Source of the DNA: an uncultured Candidatus Rokubacteria bacterium
GTDB taxonomy: Bacteria > Methylomirabilota > Methylomirabilia > Rokubacteriales > CSP1-6
Assembly: GCA_963762145.1 (NCBI GenBank)
Contig: CAVXJS010000014.1
Coordinates: 416,001-480,000 of the forward strand
DNA length: 64,000 bases
Direction of reading: 5' to 3'
In this document: piece by piece, positions 37,124 through 47,401 of the stretch
How positions within the stretch are numbered: the stretch's first letter is position 1
Layout of the letters: each line of letters starts with the position of its first letter
Made by a program: the position numbers and the translations under genes
The notes under the pieces: model-generated
The model's input: the letters and a program-made list of their open reading frames with translations, nothing else
What the model was told of the DNA's origin: nothing
The model's database searches: none

Positions 37124-39022
37124 ATGGGAGTCGTCAGGCTCGAGATCACCCGGCGCGAGCCGGTTCTGAACGGCACCTACGAAAAAATCGACGGCGTGCT
37201 GCACTTCTGCGCGGACCCGGCGGCCCGACAGAACGAGTCGATCGCGGACCTGGGGCTCGCCCCGCGCAACGCGCGCGGGCTCGTCGAGTACTCCGCCGAC
37301 TTCTACCTGCTCCGGCCCCTCGACGGCGGCCGCGGGCGGCTCCTCCTCGACGTGCCCAACCGCGGGCGCAAGATCGCGCTCGGGATGTTCAACAGCTGCC
37401 CACGCTCGAACGATCCCGCTTCCGAGGAGGACTTCGGCAACCGGTTCCTGATGCGCCACGGCTACACGGTGGCGTGGATCGGCTGGCAGCCCGACGTGCC
37501 CCGCCGCGACGGCATGATGGCGATGACGGTGCCGCGGGTACCCGGCGTCTCCGAGCGGATGCGCTGCGAGTTCCGGCCGAACGCGCGCGTGGAGACGCTG
37601 CCGCTGGCCGACCGCTACCACATCCCGCATCCGGTGGCCCGCCTCGACGATCCGGAGGCGGAGCTGCACGTGCGGGAGCACGGCGACGCGCCCGCGGCCA
37701 CCGTGCCGCGCTCGGCCTGGCGCTTCCCGGACGCGGGCTCGATCGCGCTCGACGGCGGGTTCGAGCCCGGCCGCATCTACGACTGCTACTACCGCGCGCA
37801 GGATCCGCCGGTGGTCGGCCTCGGCTTCACCGCGGTGCGGGACACCGCGAGCTTCCTGCGCTGGGGCACCGCGGCGGAGGGGAACCCCTGCGCGGGCACC
37901 ATCGAGCGATCGTACGTGTTCGGGGTCTCGCAGAGCGGCCGCTTCCTGCGGCACCTGCTCTACCTGGGCCTCGACGAGGACGAGGCCGGCCGCTTCGTGT
38001 GGGACGCGGTGATCCCGCACGTGGCGGGGGCCCGGCGCGGGGAGTTCAACTGCCGCTTCGGCCAGCCCTCGCTCAACGCGGTGCACGCGGTCGGCAGCCT
38101 GTTCCCGTTCACCGACGACGTGCAGGACGATCCGGTGACCGGCCAGCGCGACGCCCTGCTCCGGCGGCTGGCCGGGCGGGAGAAGCCGCCGCGCATCTTC
38201 ACGATCAACACCTCGGCCGAGTACTGGCGCGGCGACGGCTCTCTCGTGCATACCGACGTGGGCGGCACGCGCGACGTGCCCCCGCCGGCTTACGTGCGCC
38301 AGTACCTCTTCGCGGGGAGCCAGCACACGCCCGGCGCGCTGCCGCCCCCCGCGGCGGATCCGAACACGGGCGGCCGGGGCTTCCACCCGTTCAGCGTGGT
38401 GGACTACTCGCCCCTCCTGCGCGCCGCGCTGGTCAATCTCGACCGCTGGGTGACCGAGGGGGTCGAGCCGCCCCCGAGCGCGGTTCCGCGCCTGGCCGAC
38501 GGGACCGCGGTGGCCGCGGAGACGATCCGCGGCGCCTACCGCGTCATTCCTGGCGCGCGCTTCCCCGACCACGTCCAGCGGCCGCAGCGGCTCGACTTCG
38601 GGCCCGCGGTGGAGCGCGGCATCGCGATCCTGCCGCCCAAGCAGGGCGCGCCCTTCGTGACGTTCGTCTCCGCGGTGGACGGCGACGGCAACGAGCGCGC
38701 GGGTATCCGGCCGCCCGAGCTGCGGGTGCCGCTGGCCACCTTCACGGGCTGGAACCCGCGCCATCCGGAGCAGGGCGCCCCGGGCGACATCATGGCCATG
38801 ATGGGCTCCACGCTCGCCTTCGCGCGCACCGCGGCCGACCGGGCGCGGACGGGCGACCCGCGTCCCTCCATCGAGGAGCGCTACGCGAGCCGCGAGACCT
38901 ATCTCGCGCGGGTGCGCCAGGACGCCGACGCGATGGTGGCGGCCCGGCAGCTCCTCGCCGAGGACGTGGCCGCGGTGGTGGAGCGCGCGGGCGCCCTCTG
39001 GGACTTCGTCTGCCCCCGCTGA
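37124..39022 (+). CDS. Alpha/beta hydrolase-domain protein (Abhydrolase_10-like)
   Basis: VPNRG, GWQ, GVSQSGR, EYW, QH and DGDGNE motifs. Confidence 0.8.
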   Translation: MGVVRLEITRREPVLNGTYEKIDGVLHFCADPAARQNESIADLGLAPRNARGLVEYSADFYLLRPLDGGRGRLLLDVPNRGRKIALGMFNSCPRSNDPASEEDFGNRFLMRHGYTVAWIGWQPDVPRRDGMMAMTVPRVPGVSERMRCEFRPNARVETLPLADRYHIPHPVARLDDPEAELHVREHGDAPAATVPRSAWRFPDAGSIALDGGFEPGRIYDCYYRAQDPPVVGLGFTAVRDTASFLRWGTAAEGNPCAGTIERSYVFGVSQSGRFLRHLLYLGLDEDEAGRFVWDAVIPHVAGARRGEFNCRFGQPSLNAVHAVGSLFPFTDDVQDDPVTGQRDALLRRLAGREKPPRIFTINTSAEYWRGDGSLVHTDVGGTRDVPPPAYVRQYLFAGSQHTPGALPPPAADPNTGGRGFHPFSVVDYSPLLRAALVNLDRWVTEGVEPPPSAVPRLADGTAVAAETIRGAYRVIPGARFPDHVQRPQRLDFGPAVERGIAILPPKQGAPFVTFVSAVDGDGNERAGIRPPELRVPLATFTGWNPRHPEQGAPGDIMAMMGSTLAFARTAADRARTGDPRPSIEERYASRETYLARVRQDADAMVAARQLLAEDVAAVVERAGALWDFVCPR

Positions 39023-39029
39023 GCCGGTC

Positions 39030-40025
39030 CTGGCCACGCCGCTGATCGAGTGCCACGCCCACGTCTTGCCCGACGGGGCGCTGGCCCGCTTCCCGGACGG
39101 CGGCGATCCGCGCTACGTCACCGCCGAGCGCCGCGTGCTCGACCGCATGCTCGAGGCCCACGACGCGTGCGGGGTCACGCACGCACTGGTCTCCGACTCC
39201 TTCTACATGGAATCCGCGGCCGCCGCGCTGCCCGGGTGGAGCCCGGCCGATCGTGCCCGGCTCTACAACGACTCGCTGGCCGCGCTGATCGCCCGGCATC
39301 CGGACCGGCTCTTCGGGGTGGGCTGCGTGGACCCGTTCTCGGGCGAGGCGGCCGCGCGGGAGCTCGAGCGCATGGTCGGCGAGCTGGGCTTCGTGGGCGC
39401 GCTGGTGAACCCGAGCGATTCGCCGTCCGGCGGGCGGCGCTATCTCGACGACCCGGCGTGCGGCCCGCTCCTGGCCGCCGCCGAGGCGCGGGGCCGGCCG
39501 CTCTTCATACATCCGTCACGTGATCTGCCGGCCGGCGAGCACTACGATGACTTCGTCATGTCGCTCGCCGTCGGCCGCCCGAGCCAGACCGCGGTCTGCG
39601 CGGCCCGGCTGATCTTCACCGGCACGCTCGACCGGTACCCGCGGCTGTCGCTCCTGCTCGCCCACGGCGGCGGCGTGCTGCCCGCAATGGCCGGCCGGCT
39701 CGACGCCACCTGGCGGGCCTACCGGCCGGATCGCTGGCAGGGCCCGGACGTGCTCGCGGTGCCCCCCTCGAGCTACCTGGGCCGCTTCCACGTGGACAGC
39801 AATGTCTGGTCGCTGCCCGCGCTGCGGCTCCTGCTCGAGGTGCTGGGCCCCTCGCGGATCTTGGTCGGCAACGATCAGCCGCCGGTGTGGTTCCCTCTCG
39901 CGGAGTCGCTCGCGCTGCTGGATCAGCTCGGGCTGTCCGCCGCCGACCGCGACGCGGTCCGCTGGCGGAACGCCACGCGCCTGTTCGGGCTCGAGCCGTC
40001 GCGGACGGCGCACGCGCGGCCGTGA
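39030..40025 (+). CDS. Amidohydrolase family protein (ACMSD-like); start codon uncertain
   Basis: ECHAH upstream of the called TTG; YND, FIHP, AHGGG and GND motifs. Confidence 0.8.
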   Translation: MATPLIECHAHVLPDGALARFPDGGDPRYVTAERRVLDRMLEAHDACGVTHALVSDSFYMESAAAALPGWSPADRARLYNDSLAALIARHPDRLFGVGCVDPFSGEAAARELERMVGELGFVGALVNPSDSPSGGRRYLDDPACGPLLAAAEARGRPLFIHPSRDLPAGEHYDDFVMSLAVGRPSQTAVCAARLIFTGTLDRYPRLSLLLAHGGGVLPAMAGRLDATWRAYRPDRWQGPDVLAVPPSSYLGRFHVDSNVWSLPALRLLLEVLGPSRILVGNDQPPVWFPLAESLALLDQLGLSAADRDAVRWRNATRLFGLEPSRTAHARP

Positions 40026-40750
40026 GCGAGCTGCCCGCGCCGGTGGCGGACCTGTGTGTGATGCTCGCCGCCATCTCCGGGGTCGAGGCGGTGGCGATGG
40101 GGGGCTCGCGGGCTACCGGCGTCGCGGACGCGGAGAGCGACTGGGACATCGGCCTCTACTACCGGGGGCATCCGGATCTCTCGCCGCTCGCCAGCCCGGG
40201 AGAGCTGCATCCGCCCGGCTCATGGGGGCGCGTCATGAACGGGGGCGCCTGGCTCCGTCTCGACGGGCTCGAGGTGGACGTCCTCCTCCGCGACCTCGAC
40301 GTCGTCGAGCACTGGTCGGCGCGGGCCCGGGACGGCCTCTACGAAGTGGATGCGCTGCTCGGGTACGTGGCTGGAGTCCCCACGTACAGCTTGACGGCGG
40401 AGGTCGCGGTCAACCGGGTCGTCGTGGGCGCCCTCCCGCGCATCGGCGACTACCCTCAGGCGCTGGCCCGGACCGGCGCGTCTCGCTGGCGCCGGCACGC
40501 CGAGTTCAGCCTCGTCCACGCCCGGATGCGGGCCGCACGCGGTGACGTGGTCGGCACGGTCGCGCAGGCCGCGAAGGCGGTGATGGAGACGGCCCACGCG
40601 GTGGTCTGCCAGCGCCGGGAGTGGGTGCTGAACGAGAAGCACCTCGTCGAGCGAGCCGGCCTTCGCGAGCTGCACGCGCAGTTCACCCGCGTGCCTCCGG
40701 CCGCGCCCGGGCTGGTCGACTGGGTGGATGCCCTGCGCGGGCAGATCTGA
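40022..40750 (+). CDS. Nucleotidyltransferase-domain protein (pol-beta-like)
   Basis: GGSRATG..D.ESDWD plus a third Asp (VDV); GTGA overlap with the previous gene. Confidence 0.8.
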   Translation: MSELPAPVADLCVMLAAISGVEAVAMGGSRATGVADAESDWDIGLYYRGHPDLSPLASPGELHPPGSWGRVMNGGAWLRLDGLEVDVLLRDLDVVEHWSARARDGLYEVDALLGYVAGVPTYSLTAEVAVNRVVVGALPRIGDYPQALARTGASRWRRHAEFSLVHARMRAARGDVVGTVAQAAKAVMETAHAVVCQRREWVLNEKHLVERAGLRELHAQFTRVPPAAPGLVDWVDALRGQI

Positions 40751-41859
40751 TGTCGGCCATCTCGGTCGAGCACCTGAGCCGCTGGTGGGGCCCCACCCGG
40801 GCGGTGGACGACGTGAGCTTCGCGGCCCCCGCCGGCAAGATGCTCGTTCTGCTGGGGCCGTCCGGCTGCGGCAAGTCCACCACGCTGCGGCTCATCGCGG
40901 GGCTCGAGGTCGCGACCGCCGGGCGCATCGCGATCGGCGGCGTGGACGTGACCCACCTGCCGCCGGCCGAGCGGGGCCTGTCCATGGTGTTCCAGTCCTA
41001 CGCGCTCTTTCCCCACCTCTCGGTGGCCGAGAACATCATCTTCGGCCTGCGGGTGCGGCGGGTGAACGCGGCCGAGCGCAGCACGCGCCTCGCCCGGGTG
41101 GCGGGCCTGCTGGGTCTCGACGGGCTGCTCGCCCGGAGACCGTCGCAGCTCTCGGGCGGACAGCAGCAGCGGGTGGCGCTCGGCCGCGCCCTGATCGCGG
41201 AGACGCCGGTGTGTCTGATGGACGAGCCGCTCTCGAACCTGGACGCCCAGCTCCGCCTCGAGATGCGCCGCGAGATCCGGCAGCTCCAGCAGGGCCTCGG
41301 CATCACCATGGTGTACGTGACGCACGACCAGACCGAGGCCATGAGCATGGCCGACCAGGTGATCCTGCTCCGCGACGGCCGGGTCGAGCAGGACGCCGCG
41401 CCCGATCTTCTCTACGCCCGGCCCGCCACCGCCTTCACGGCCCGCTTCATCGGCACCCCGCCCATGAACGTTCTCGCGCTCGCCGACGGGGCCGGCGGGG
41501 CGATCATCGCGGGAGCGGGCTCCGACGGGCCGCCGGTGCTCGGGGGGCGGGGCGCCGGCCTGCTGCTCGGGATCCGCCCCGAGGACGTGCGCCTGGACGC
41601 GGGGGCGGGCGCCGACGGGATGGCCGCGACCGTGAAGAGCGTGGAGTACCTCGGCGCCGATTCGATCGTGACCTGCGAGGTGGGGAGCGAGACTCTCGCG
41701 GTACGGGCGCCGGGGCGGGTCACGCGGGTTCCCGGCGCGCCCGTCCGCCTCTCGTGGAGCCCGGGCGCCACGCACGTGTTCGATGCCGAGAGCGGGCGCC
41801 GTCGCGACGACGCGGCCGCCGTTTCATCCATCACTCGAGAACGAGGAGGCCACTCATGA
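40750..41859 (+). CDS. ABC ATP-binding protein (UgpC/MalK-like)
   Basis: GPSGCGKS, LSGGQQQR, MDEPLSNLD and YVTHDQ; TOBE-like tail. Confidence 0.95.
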   Translation: MSAISVEHLSRWWGPTRAVDDVSFAAPAGKMLVLLGPSGCGKSTTLRLIAGLEVATAGRIAIGGVDVTHLPPAERGLSMVFQSYALFPHLSVAENIIFGLRVRRVNAAERSTRLARVAGLLGLDGLLARRPSQLSGGQQQRVALGRALIAETPVCLMDEPLSNLDAQLRLEMRREIRQLQQGLGITMVYVTHDQTEAMSMADQVILLRDGRVEQDAAPDLLYARPATAFTARFIGTPPMNVLALADGAGGAIIAGAGSDGPPVLGGRGAGLLLGIRPEDVRLDAGAGADGMAATVKSVEYLGADSIVTCEVGSETLAVRAPGRVTRVPGAPVRLSWSPGATHVFDAESGRRRDDAAAVSSITRERGGHS

Positions 41860-43157
41860 CGAGACGCATGCTCGGATGGCTCACCGCGGCGCTCCTGCTC
41901 GCCGCCTTCGCGGGCGGCGCGGTCCCCGCGGGCGCCCAAGCCCCGGTGGAGCTCACCTTCTACTACCCGGTCGCGGTCGGCGGACCGGTGACGAAGATCA
42001 TCGATGGGCTCGCCGCCGACTTCGAGAAGGAGAACCCGGGCATCCGGGTGAAGCCGATCTACGCTGGCACCTACCAGGAGACGATCGTCAAGGTGCTCAC
42101 CGCGCTCAAGAGCGGCGAGCCGCCGCAGATGTCGGTGCTGCTCTCCACCGACATGTTCACGCTCATCGACGAGGACGCGATCGTCCCCTTCGACACGATG
42201 GCCACGAGCGCCGAGGACCAGGCCTGGCTCAAGAGCTTCTTCCCCGCCTTCATGCTCAACAGCCAGACCGGCGGCAAGACCTGGGGCATCCCGTTCCAGC
42301 GCTCCACCATCGTGCTGTACTGGAACAAGGAGGCCTTCAAGGAGGCCGGCCTCGACCCGAACAAGCCGCCCGCCACCTGGGCCGAGCAGGTCGAGTACGC
42401 GCGCAAGCTCACCAAGCGGGACGCGGGCGGAAACGTCAGCCAGTGGGGACTCGAGGTGCCCTCGTCCGGCTTCCCGTACTGGCTCTTCCAGGGCTTCACG
42501 ACCCAGAACGACGTGCTCCTGATGAACCAGGCGGGCAACGAGACGTACTACGACAAGCCGGCGGTGGTGGAAGCGCTCCAGTACTGGGTGGATCTGAGCG
42601 CCAAGCACAAGGTCATGCCCACCGGGATCATCGAATGGGGCACCACCCCGAAGGACTTCTTCGAGCGCAAGACCGCCATGATGTGGACGACCACCGGCAA
42701 CCTCACCAACGTGAAGAACAACGCCAAGTTCGAGTTCGGCGTCGCGATGCTGCCCGCGGGCAAGCGGCGCGGCTCGCCGACCGGCGGCGGCAATTTCCAC
42801 ATCTTCAAGAAGAGCACGCCCGCCCAGCAGACCGCCTCGCTCCGCTTCATCAAGTGGATCACGTCGCCTCAGCGCGCCGCGCAGTGGGGTATCGACACCG
42901 GCTACGTGGCGGTGCGCCCCGACGCGTGGGAGACGCCCGCGATGAAGCAGTACGTGGCGGGCTTCGCGGCCGCCGCGGTGGCGCGCGATCAGCTCCCGCA
43001 CGCGGTGGCCGAGCTGTCGACCCACGACAACCAGCGCGTGACCAAGGCGCTGAACGATGGGCTGCAGGCCGCGCTCACCGGCGCGAAGGCGCCCGAGCAG
43101 GCGATGAAGGACGCGCAGCGCGAGGCCGACCGCATCTTGCGCCCGTATCGGCGGTGA
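41856..43157 (+). CDS. ABC substrate-binding protein (UgpB-like, family 1)
   Basis: Signal peptide; IPFQRST, YWNKEAF and PTGGG motifs. Confidence 0.9.
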   Translation: MTRRMLGWLTAALLLAAFAGGAVPAGAQAPVELTFYYPVAVGGPVTKIIDGLAADFEKENPGIRVKPIYAGTYQETIVKVLTALKSGEPPQMSVLLSTDMFTLIDEDAIVPFDTMATSAEDQAWLKSFFPAFMLNSQTGGKTWGIPFQRSTIVLYWNKEAFKEAGLDPNKPPATWAEQVEYARKLTKRDAGGNVSQWGLEVPSSGFPYWLFQGFTTQNDVLLMNQAGNETYYDKPAVVEALQYWVDLSAKHKVMPTGIIEWGTTPKDFFERKTAMMWTTTGNLTNVKNNAKFEFGVAMLPAGKRRGSPTGGGNFHIFKKSTPAQQTASLRFIKWITSPQRAAQWGIDTGYVAVRPDAWETPAMKQYVAGFAAAAVARDQLPHAVAELSTHDNQRVTKALNDGLQAALTGAKAPEQAMKDAQREADRILRPYRR

Positions 43158-43194
43158 GGGGCGCGCGGCGGAGGTCGAGCGTGCTCATCGTCTG

Positions 43195-44073
43195 ATGTCG
43201 CCCGCGTGGCGGGTGCACGTGATCGGGTGGCTGCTGCTGCTGCCCGCCGCGGTGCTGCTGGTGGCGTTCACGCACTATCCGGTGGCCGCGACCATCTACA
43301 CGAGCCTGTTCTCGAACCCGAAGGCGGGGCGGGCCGCGGTGTGGGTGGGGCTCGACAACTATCAGGCGATGGTCGAGGATCCGGTGTTCTGGCAGGCGCT
43401 GGGAAACAACCTCTGGTTCGCGCTGGGCACGATTCCGGTCTCGGTGGCCCTGGCCCTGCTGATGGCGGTGTGGGTGAACGGGCGGATCGCGGGGCGGGGA
43501 CTCCTGCGCCTGGCCTTCTTCACGCCGACGGTGCTGCCGATGATCGCGGTGGCGAATATCTGGCTCTTCTTCTACACCCCGGGCTACGGCCTGCTCGAGC
43601 AGATCACCGGGCTCGTCGGCCTGCCGAGCCACAACTGGCTCGGCAGCCGCGAGACCGCGCTGGGCTGCCTGGTGGTGGTGACGGTGTGGAAGGAGGCGGG
43701 CTTCTTCATGATCTTCTACCTGGCCGCGCTCCAGTCGCTCTCGCCGAGCCTGGGCGAGGCGGCGTCCCTCATGGGCGCGAGCCGGTGGTACTTCTTCCGC
43801 CGGGTGACGTTTCCCCTGCTGATGCCGACCACGCTCTTCGTGCTGGTCAACGCGGTGATCAACTCGTTCCGCCTCGTGGATCACATCGTGGTGATGACGA
43901 AGGGCGGCCCCGACAACACCACCGCGCTCCTCCTGTATTACATCTACGACGTGGGCTTCAAGTTCTGGGATCAGGCCTATGCGGCCGCGCTGACCCTGGT
44001 GCTGCTGGTGATCCTCGCCGCGGTGGCGCTCGGGCAGTTCGTGCTGCTGGACCGCCGGGTGCACTACCAGTGA
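43195..44073 (+). CDS. Carbohydrate ABC permease (UgpA-like)
   Basis: VGLDNY, EAA loop and TKGGP. Confidence 0.93.
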   Translation: MSPAWRVHVIGWLLLLPAAVLLVAFTHYPVAATIYTSLFSNPKAGRAAVWVGLDNYQAMVEDPVFWQALGNNLWFALGTIPVSVALALLMAVWVNGRIAGRGLLRLAFFTPTVLPMIAVANIWLFFYTPGYGLLEQITGLVGLPSHNWLGSRETALGCLVVVTVWKEAGFFMIFYLAALQSLSPSLGEAASLMGASRWYFFRRVTFPLLMPTTLFVLVNAVINSFRLVDHIVVMTKGGPDNTTALLLYYIYDVGFKFWDQAYAAALTLVLLVILAAVALGQFVLLDRRVHYQ

Positions 44074-44879
44074 CGCGGCCCGGTCGCGCGCTCGAGACGG
44101 CGGGGGCCTGGCTGCTCGGCGTGCTCTGGGTCCTGCCACTGGCCTACGCGGTGTGGACCGCGTTCCACCCGGCGGAGTTCTCGACGCGCTTCGTGCCGAC
44201 CGCGCCGCTCACCCTCGAGAACTTCGTCAACGCGTGGGCGGCCGCGCCGTTCGCCCGCTACTTCGTCAACACCGTCGCGCTGGTCACCATGATCCTGGCC
44301 GCGCAGCTCGTGCTCTGCACGCTCGCGGCCTACGCCTTCGCGCGCTTCGCCTTCGCGGGCCGCTCGCTGGCGTTCCTGCTCGTGCTGGTGCAGCTCATGA
44401 TCATGCCGGACGTGCTCATCGTGGAGAACTACCGGACCATGAGCCGCCTCGGCATCCTCGACACGCTGGCCGCCATCGGCCTGCCCTACATGGCCTCGGC
44501 GTTCGGCATCTTCCTGCTGCGTCAGACCTTCAAGACGGTGCCGAAGGAGCTGGATGAGGCCGCGCGCGTCGAGGGCGCCGGGCCGCTGGAGGTCCTGTGG
44601 CGGGTCTACGTGCCGCTCGCGAAGCCGGTGTACATCGCCTACGGGCTGGTCTCGGTCAGCTACCACTGGAACAACTTCCTGTGGCCGCTCATCGTCACCA
44701 ACTCCGTGCAGTCACGCCCCCTGACGGTGGGGCTTCAGGTCTTCTCCTCGGTGGATCAGGGGGTGGACTGGTCCATCATCACCGCCGCGACCCTGATGAC
44801 CTCCGGCCCCCTGCTGGTCGCGTTCCTGCTCTTCCAGCGCCAGTTCGTGCAGAGCTTCATGCGCGCGGGCATCCGGTGA
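44070..44879 (+). CDS. Carbohydrate ABC permease (UgpE-like)
   Basis: AYAFAR, FLLRQ, ELDEAARVEG and WNNFLWP. Confidence 0.93.
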   Translation: MTRPGRALETAGAWLLGVLWVLPLAYAVWTAFHPAEFSTRFVPTAPLTLENFVNAWAAAPFARYFVNTVALVTMILAAQLVLCTLAAYAFARFAFAGRSLAFLLVLVQLMIMPDVLIVENYRTMSRLGILDTLAAIGLPYMASAFGIFLLRQTFKTVPKELDEAARVEGAGPLEVLWRVYVPLAKPVYIAYGLVSVSYHWNNFLWPLIVTNSVQSRPLTVGLQVFSSVDQGVDWSIITAATLMTSGPLLVAFLLFQRQFVQSFMRAGIR

Positions 44880-44895
44880 CGCGGATCGCGCGGGC

Positions 44896-46938
44896 CTAGC
44901 GCGGGTTGGGGGCGCCGCCCCGGTCCTGCCCCCCGCGATCCTGGCCGGTGCCGCGCTCGGGAGCGCCCTTGCCCTGCGGCTGCGGTTCCACGCGGTGCGG
45001 AGCGGGCGTGCTCTGGCGCGCGCGGGGTGGGGCGTTCTGGACCGCGGGAGCCGGCGGCGACCCGGGTGGAACCGCGGCCGGAGCCGGCCGAACGCCGGGC
45101 GCGGTGGGGGCGGCCGGAGCTGCCGGCGCGCCTTGCGGTGCCGGGGCGCCCTGCGGTACAGGGGCGGCCACCGGAGGGGCGGGCGCGCCCTGCGTACTCG
45201 GCGCGGGCGGCGTCACCGGCGGCTGCTGGGCCGGCGCCGGAACCCGGGCGGCATCGGGCGGGACGGTCTGACGCGGGCCCCGTTCGCCGCGCGAGCGTCC
45301 GCGCTGGCCGTCATCAGGTGTCGCGCGGCCGGCGCCGGCCGCGGGCGCCGGGGCGGCAGCGCCCGCGCCCGGTGTCGGCATCGCAGTCGCCGCCGGCGGC
45401 GTCACGCGAGCGGGCGCCGGCACGATGCGCTGCTGTGGCTGCGGGGCGGTCGCGGCCGCCGCGGCGCCCAGACCCTGCTCGCGTAGCACCGGCGCCGTGT
45501 CCACGGGCGGTCGCGTCGCCACCACCGGCCGCGCGCGGATCGCATCCGGCGGGCGCGTGGCGGCGGCAGTCGCGCTCCCGGTGACGCTGGCCGCGACCGG
45601 CCGCACATCGAGAGCGCCGCGCACCGGCGTGAGCTGGCGCGCCTCGGCGGCGTCGGCGAGGCGGACCGGGCGCACCACACCCTGGCCGAACCGGTCGGCG
45701 GGGACGCCCACCACTGCATTGGTCACGTTCACGTTGCGGTAGACGTTGATGGTGTTGACGTTCACGGTCGTGTTGCGGTTGATGACGACGTTGTTCACCA
45801 CGCGCGGGCCGCCCCAGCCGCCCCACCAGGCGGCGCCGACATAGCGCGGCCCGCCCCACCAGCGGATCACCGGCTCCCCCCAGCCGAGCGGAGCCCAGTA
45901 GAGCGGTCGCCCCACGACAACCGGTCCGCCGAGGAAGACCACCAGCGCGGGCGAATAGACGGGCCGCACGATGATCGGGCCCGGCGCCCACGCCCAGTAG
46001 CTGCCGACGAAGACCCAGCGGCCGTGGTGATAGGGCGCCCAGCCCCAGGGCGCATCGTCGAGCCACGTCCAGCCGAAGCGGGGGTCCCAGATCCAGCGAC
46101 CGGTGGAGTAGGGGGACCAGCCCGGGGCCACCCCGGCGGGGACCCACACGCTGCCGTAGCTCTCGACCGTGCGCCAGCTCCCGTGCTGATCGAGGGCCTC
46201 CGCACCGTAGACGCCGGCCGGGAGCTGCTTGGCGCTGGCGGGCTGCGTGAGGTAATCGCTCCGCTGATAGTTCCAGCGATCCCACGCGGTCAGCGCGGGC
46301 GGCGCGGTCGTCTCGACGCGCGGCGAATCACCGGTGGTGATCACCATCTGCTGATTCGCCGCCACCGCCGTCGCGGTGCCTCCGGACGGCGTCATGACCG
46401 CGCTGCCGCTGCGGTAGGTCCGGAACGCCGTCGTGTCCGGCCTGACCTCGGTGTGGTAGTACCCGGGGCGCTCCATCGTGAACGCCCCGCCGGGCGTCGC
46501 GAGCTCCACCGTGTGGCCGGGCGCGAGCTCGCGGAGATCGAGGGAGGCATAGCCCGACGTGACGCGGAGCTGGATGAAGTCGGGCTCCTGGTTGTCGAGA
46601 CCGATCTGGGCGCCATAGGCCGCGCGGGCGAAGGCGCGCGGGCCGATCTGGATCTCCACGTTGCCGGCCGGACCGGCGTAGAGGACGTCGCCCGGCGCCA
46701 GGGGCATGTTGAGCGCGGCGGGGGTCCAGTCCGCGGCCCCAGGCCGCCAGAACGAGACCTCGCCGTGCAGATAGCTGACGCGCGGCGGGGTCACCTCCTG
46801 GGCGTCGGCCGTGGGCTCGGGGGGCGGGGGACCAGGGGGAGGCGGAGGGCTCGAGCTGCCCGTCCAAGCGGACGGCGCGGCGCCCAGGACCATCAACAAC
46901 GCCAGCAATCCCGCGAGGATCCGTTGCATCGCTCGCAT
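44896..46938 (-). CDS. Secreted FecR-like/DUF6600-like protein with a long Pro/Ala-rich tail
   Basis: Signal peptide; N-terminal beta region (RVSYLHGEVS...ATPGG); Trp-rich PWGWAPYHHGRW repeats; low-complexity C-terminus. Confidence 0.8.
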   Translation of the reverse strand: MRAMQRILAGLLALLMVLGAAPSAWTGSSSPPPPPGPPPPEPTADAQEVTPPRVSYLHGEVSFWRPGAADWTPAALNMPLAPGDVLYAGPAGNVEIQIGPRAFARAAYGAQIGLDNQEPDFIQLRVTSGYASLDLRELAPGHTVELATPGGAFTMERPGYYHTEVRPDTTAFRTYRSGSAVMTPSGGTATAVAANQQMVITTGDSPRVETTAPPALTAWDRWNYQRSDYLTQPASAKQLPAGVYGAEALDQHGSWRTVESYGSVWVPAGVAPGWSPYSTGRWIWDPRFGWTWLDDAPWGWAPYHHGRWVFVGSYWAWAPGPIIVRPVYSPALVVFLGGPVVVGRPLYWAPLGWGEPVIRWWGGPRYVGAAWWGGWGGPRVVNNVVINRNTTVNVNTINVYRNVNVTNAVVGVPADRFGQGVVRPVRLADAAEARQLTPVRGALDVRPVAASVTGSATAAATRPPDAIRARPVVATRPPVDTAPVLREQGLGAAAAATAPQPQQRIVPAPARVTPPAATAMPTPGAGAAAPAPAAGAGRATPDDGQRGRSRGERGPRQTVPPDAARVPAPAQQPPVTPPAPSTQGAPAPPVAAPVPQGAPAPQGAPAAPAAPTAPGVRPAPAAVPPGSPPAPAVQNAPPRARQSTPAPHRVEPQPQGKGAPERGTGQDRGGQDRGGAPNPR

Positions 46939-47044
46939 CGTACTGATCATCGTATCAGATGGAGTTAATGCGTCCCGGGCGATATGCTGGAATCGTTGTA
47001 GATGTAAATGAAGGTGGGCCAACGCCCGTCAGAGTGAGGCAGCC

Positions 47045-47401
47045 ATGAGAAAGACCCTGCTGGTCCTGCTGCTCGCGTTCGCGGTGCTCGCGACCGCCGT
47101 CACGCCGGGCGATGCCGGCTGGCGAGGCGGCGTCTTCGTCGGCGTCGGCCCCTACTGGGGGCCCTATCCGTACCCGTACTACTACTACCCGCCACCGCCG
47201 GCTTACTACGTCTACCGCCCACCCGCCGTCGTGGTGGAGCAGGCGCCGGTGTACGTCGAGCGGCCGCCGGTAGAGCAGCCCGCGCCCCCGGCGGCGGCGT
47301 CCACCGCGTACTGGTACTACTGCGAGAGCGCCCGGGGATACTACCCGACGGTGCCGAGCTGCGCGGAGGAGTGGATCAAGGTTCCGGAGCGGCCGCGATG
47401 A
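47045..47401 (+). CDS. Secreted Pro/Tyr-rich protein with a C-terminal YWYYC-x-YYP-x-C motif
   Basis: Signal peptide; GAGG RBS; ATGA overlap with the next gene. Confidence 0.85.
   Translation: MRKTLLVLLLAFAVLATAVTPGDAGWRGGVFVGVGPYWGPYPYPYYYYPPPPAYYVYRPPAVVVEQAPVYVERPPVEQPAPPAAASTAYWYYCESARGYYPTVPSCAEEWIKVPERPR

Noticed and set aside
40022-40750. Nucleotidyltransferase as a defence or toxin-antitoxin component (MNT-HEPN, CBASS)
   Set aside because: No HEPN, effector or other defence gene is adjacent; it is embedded in a metabolic operon, and the patatin gene is more than 30 kb away
45040-45250. Short tandem DNA repeats that might suggest an array
   Set aside because: They encode PQGAPA-type low-complexity peptide within the 44896 CDS; there is no repeat-spacer structure and no cas gene
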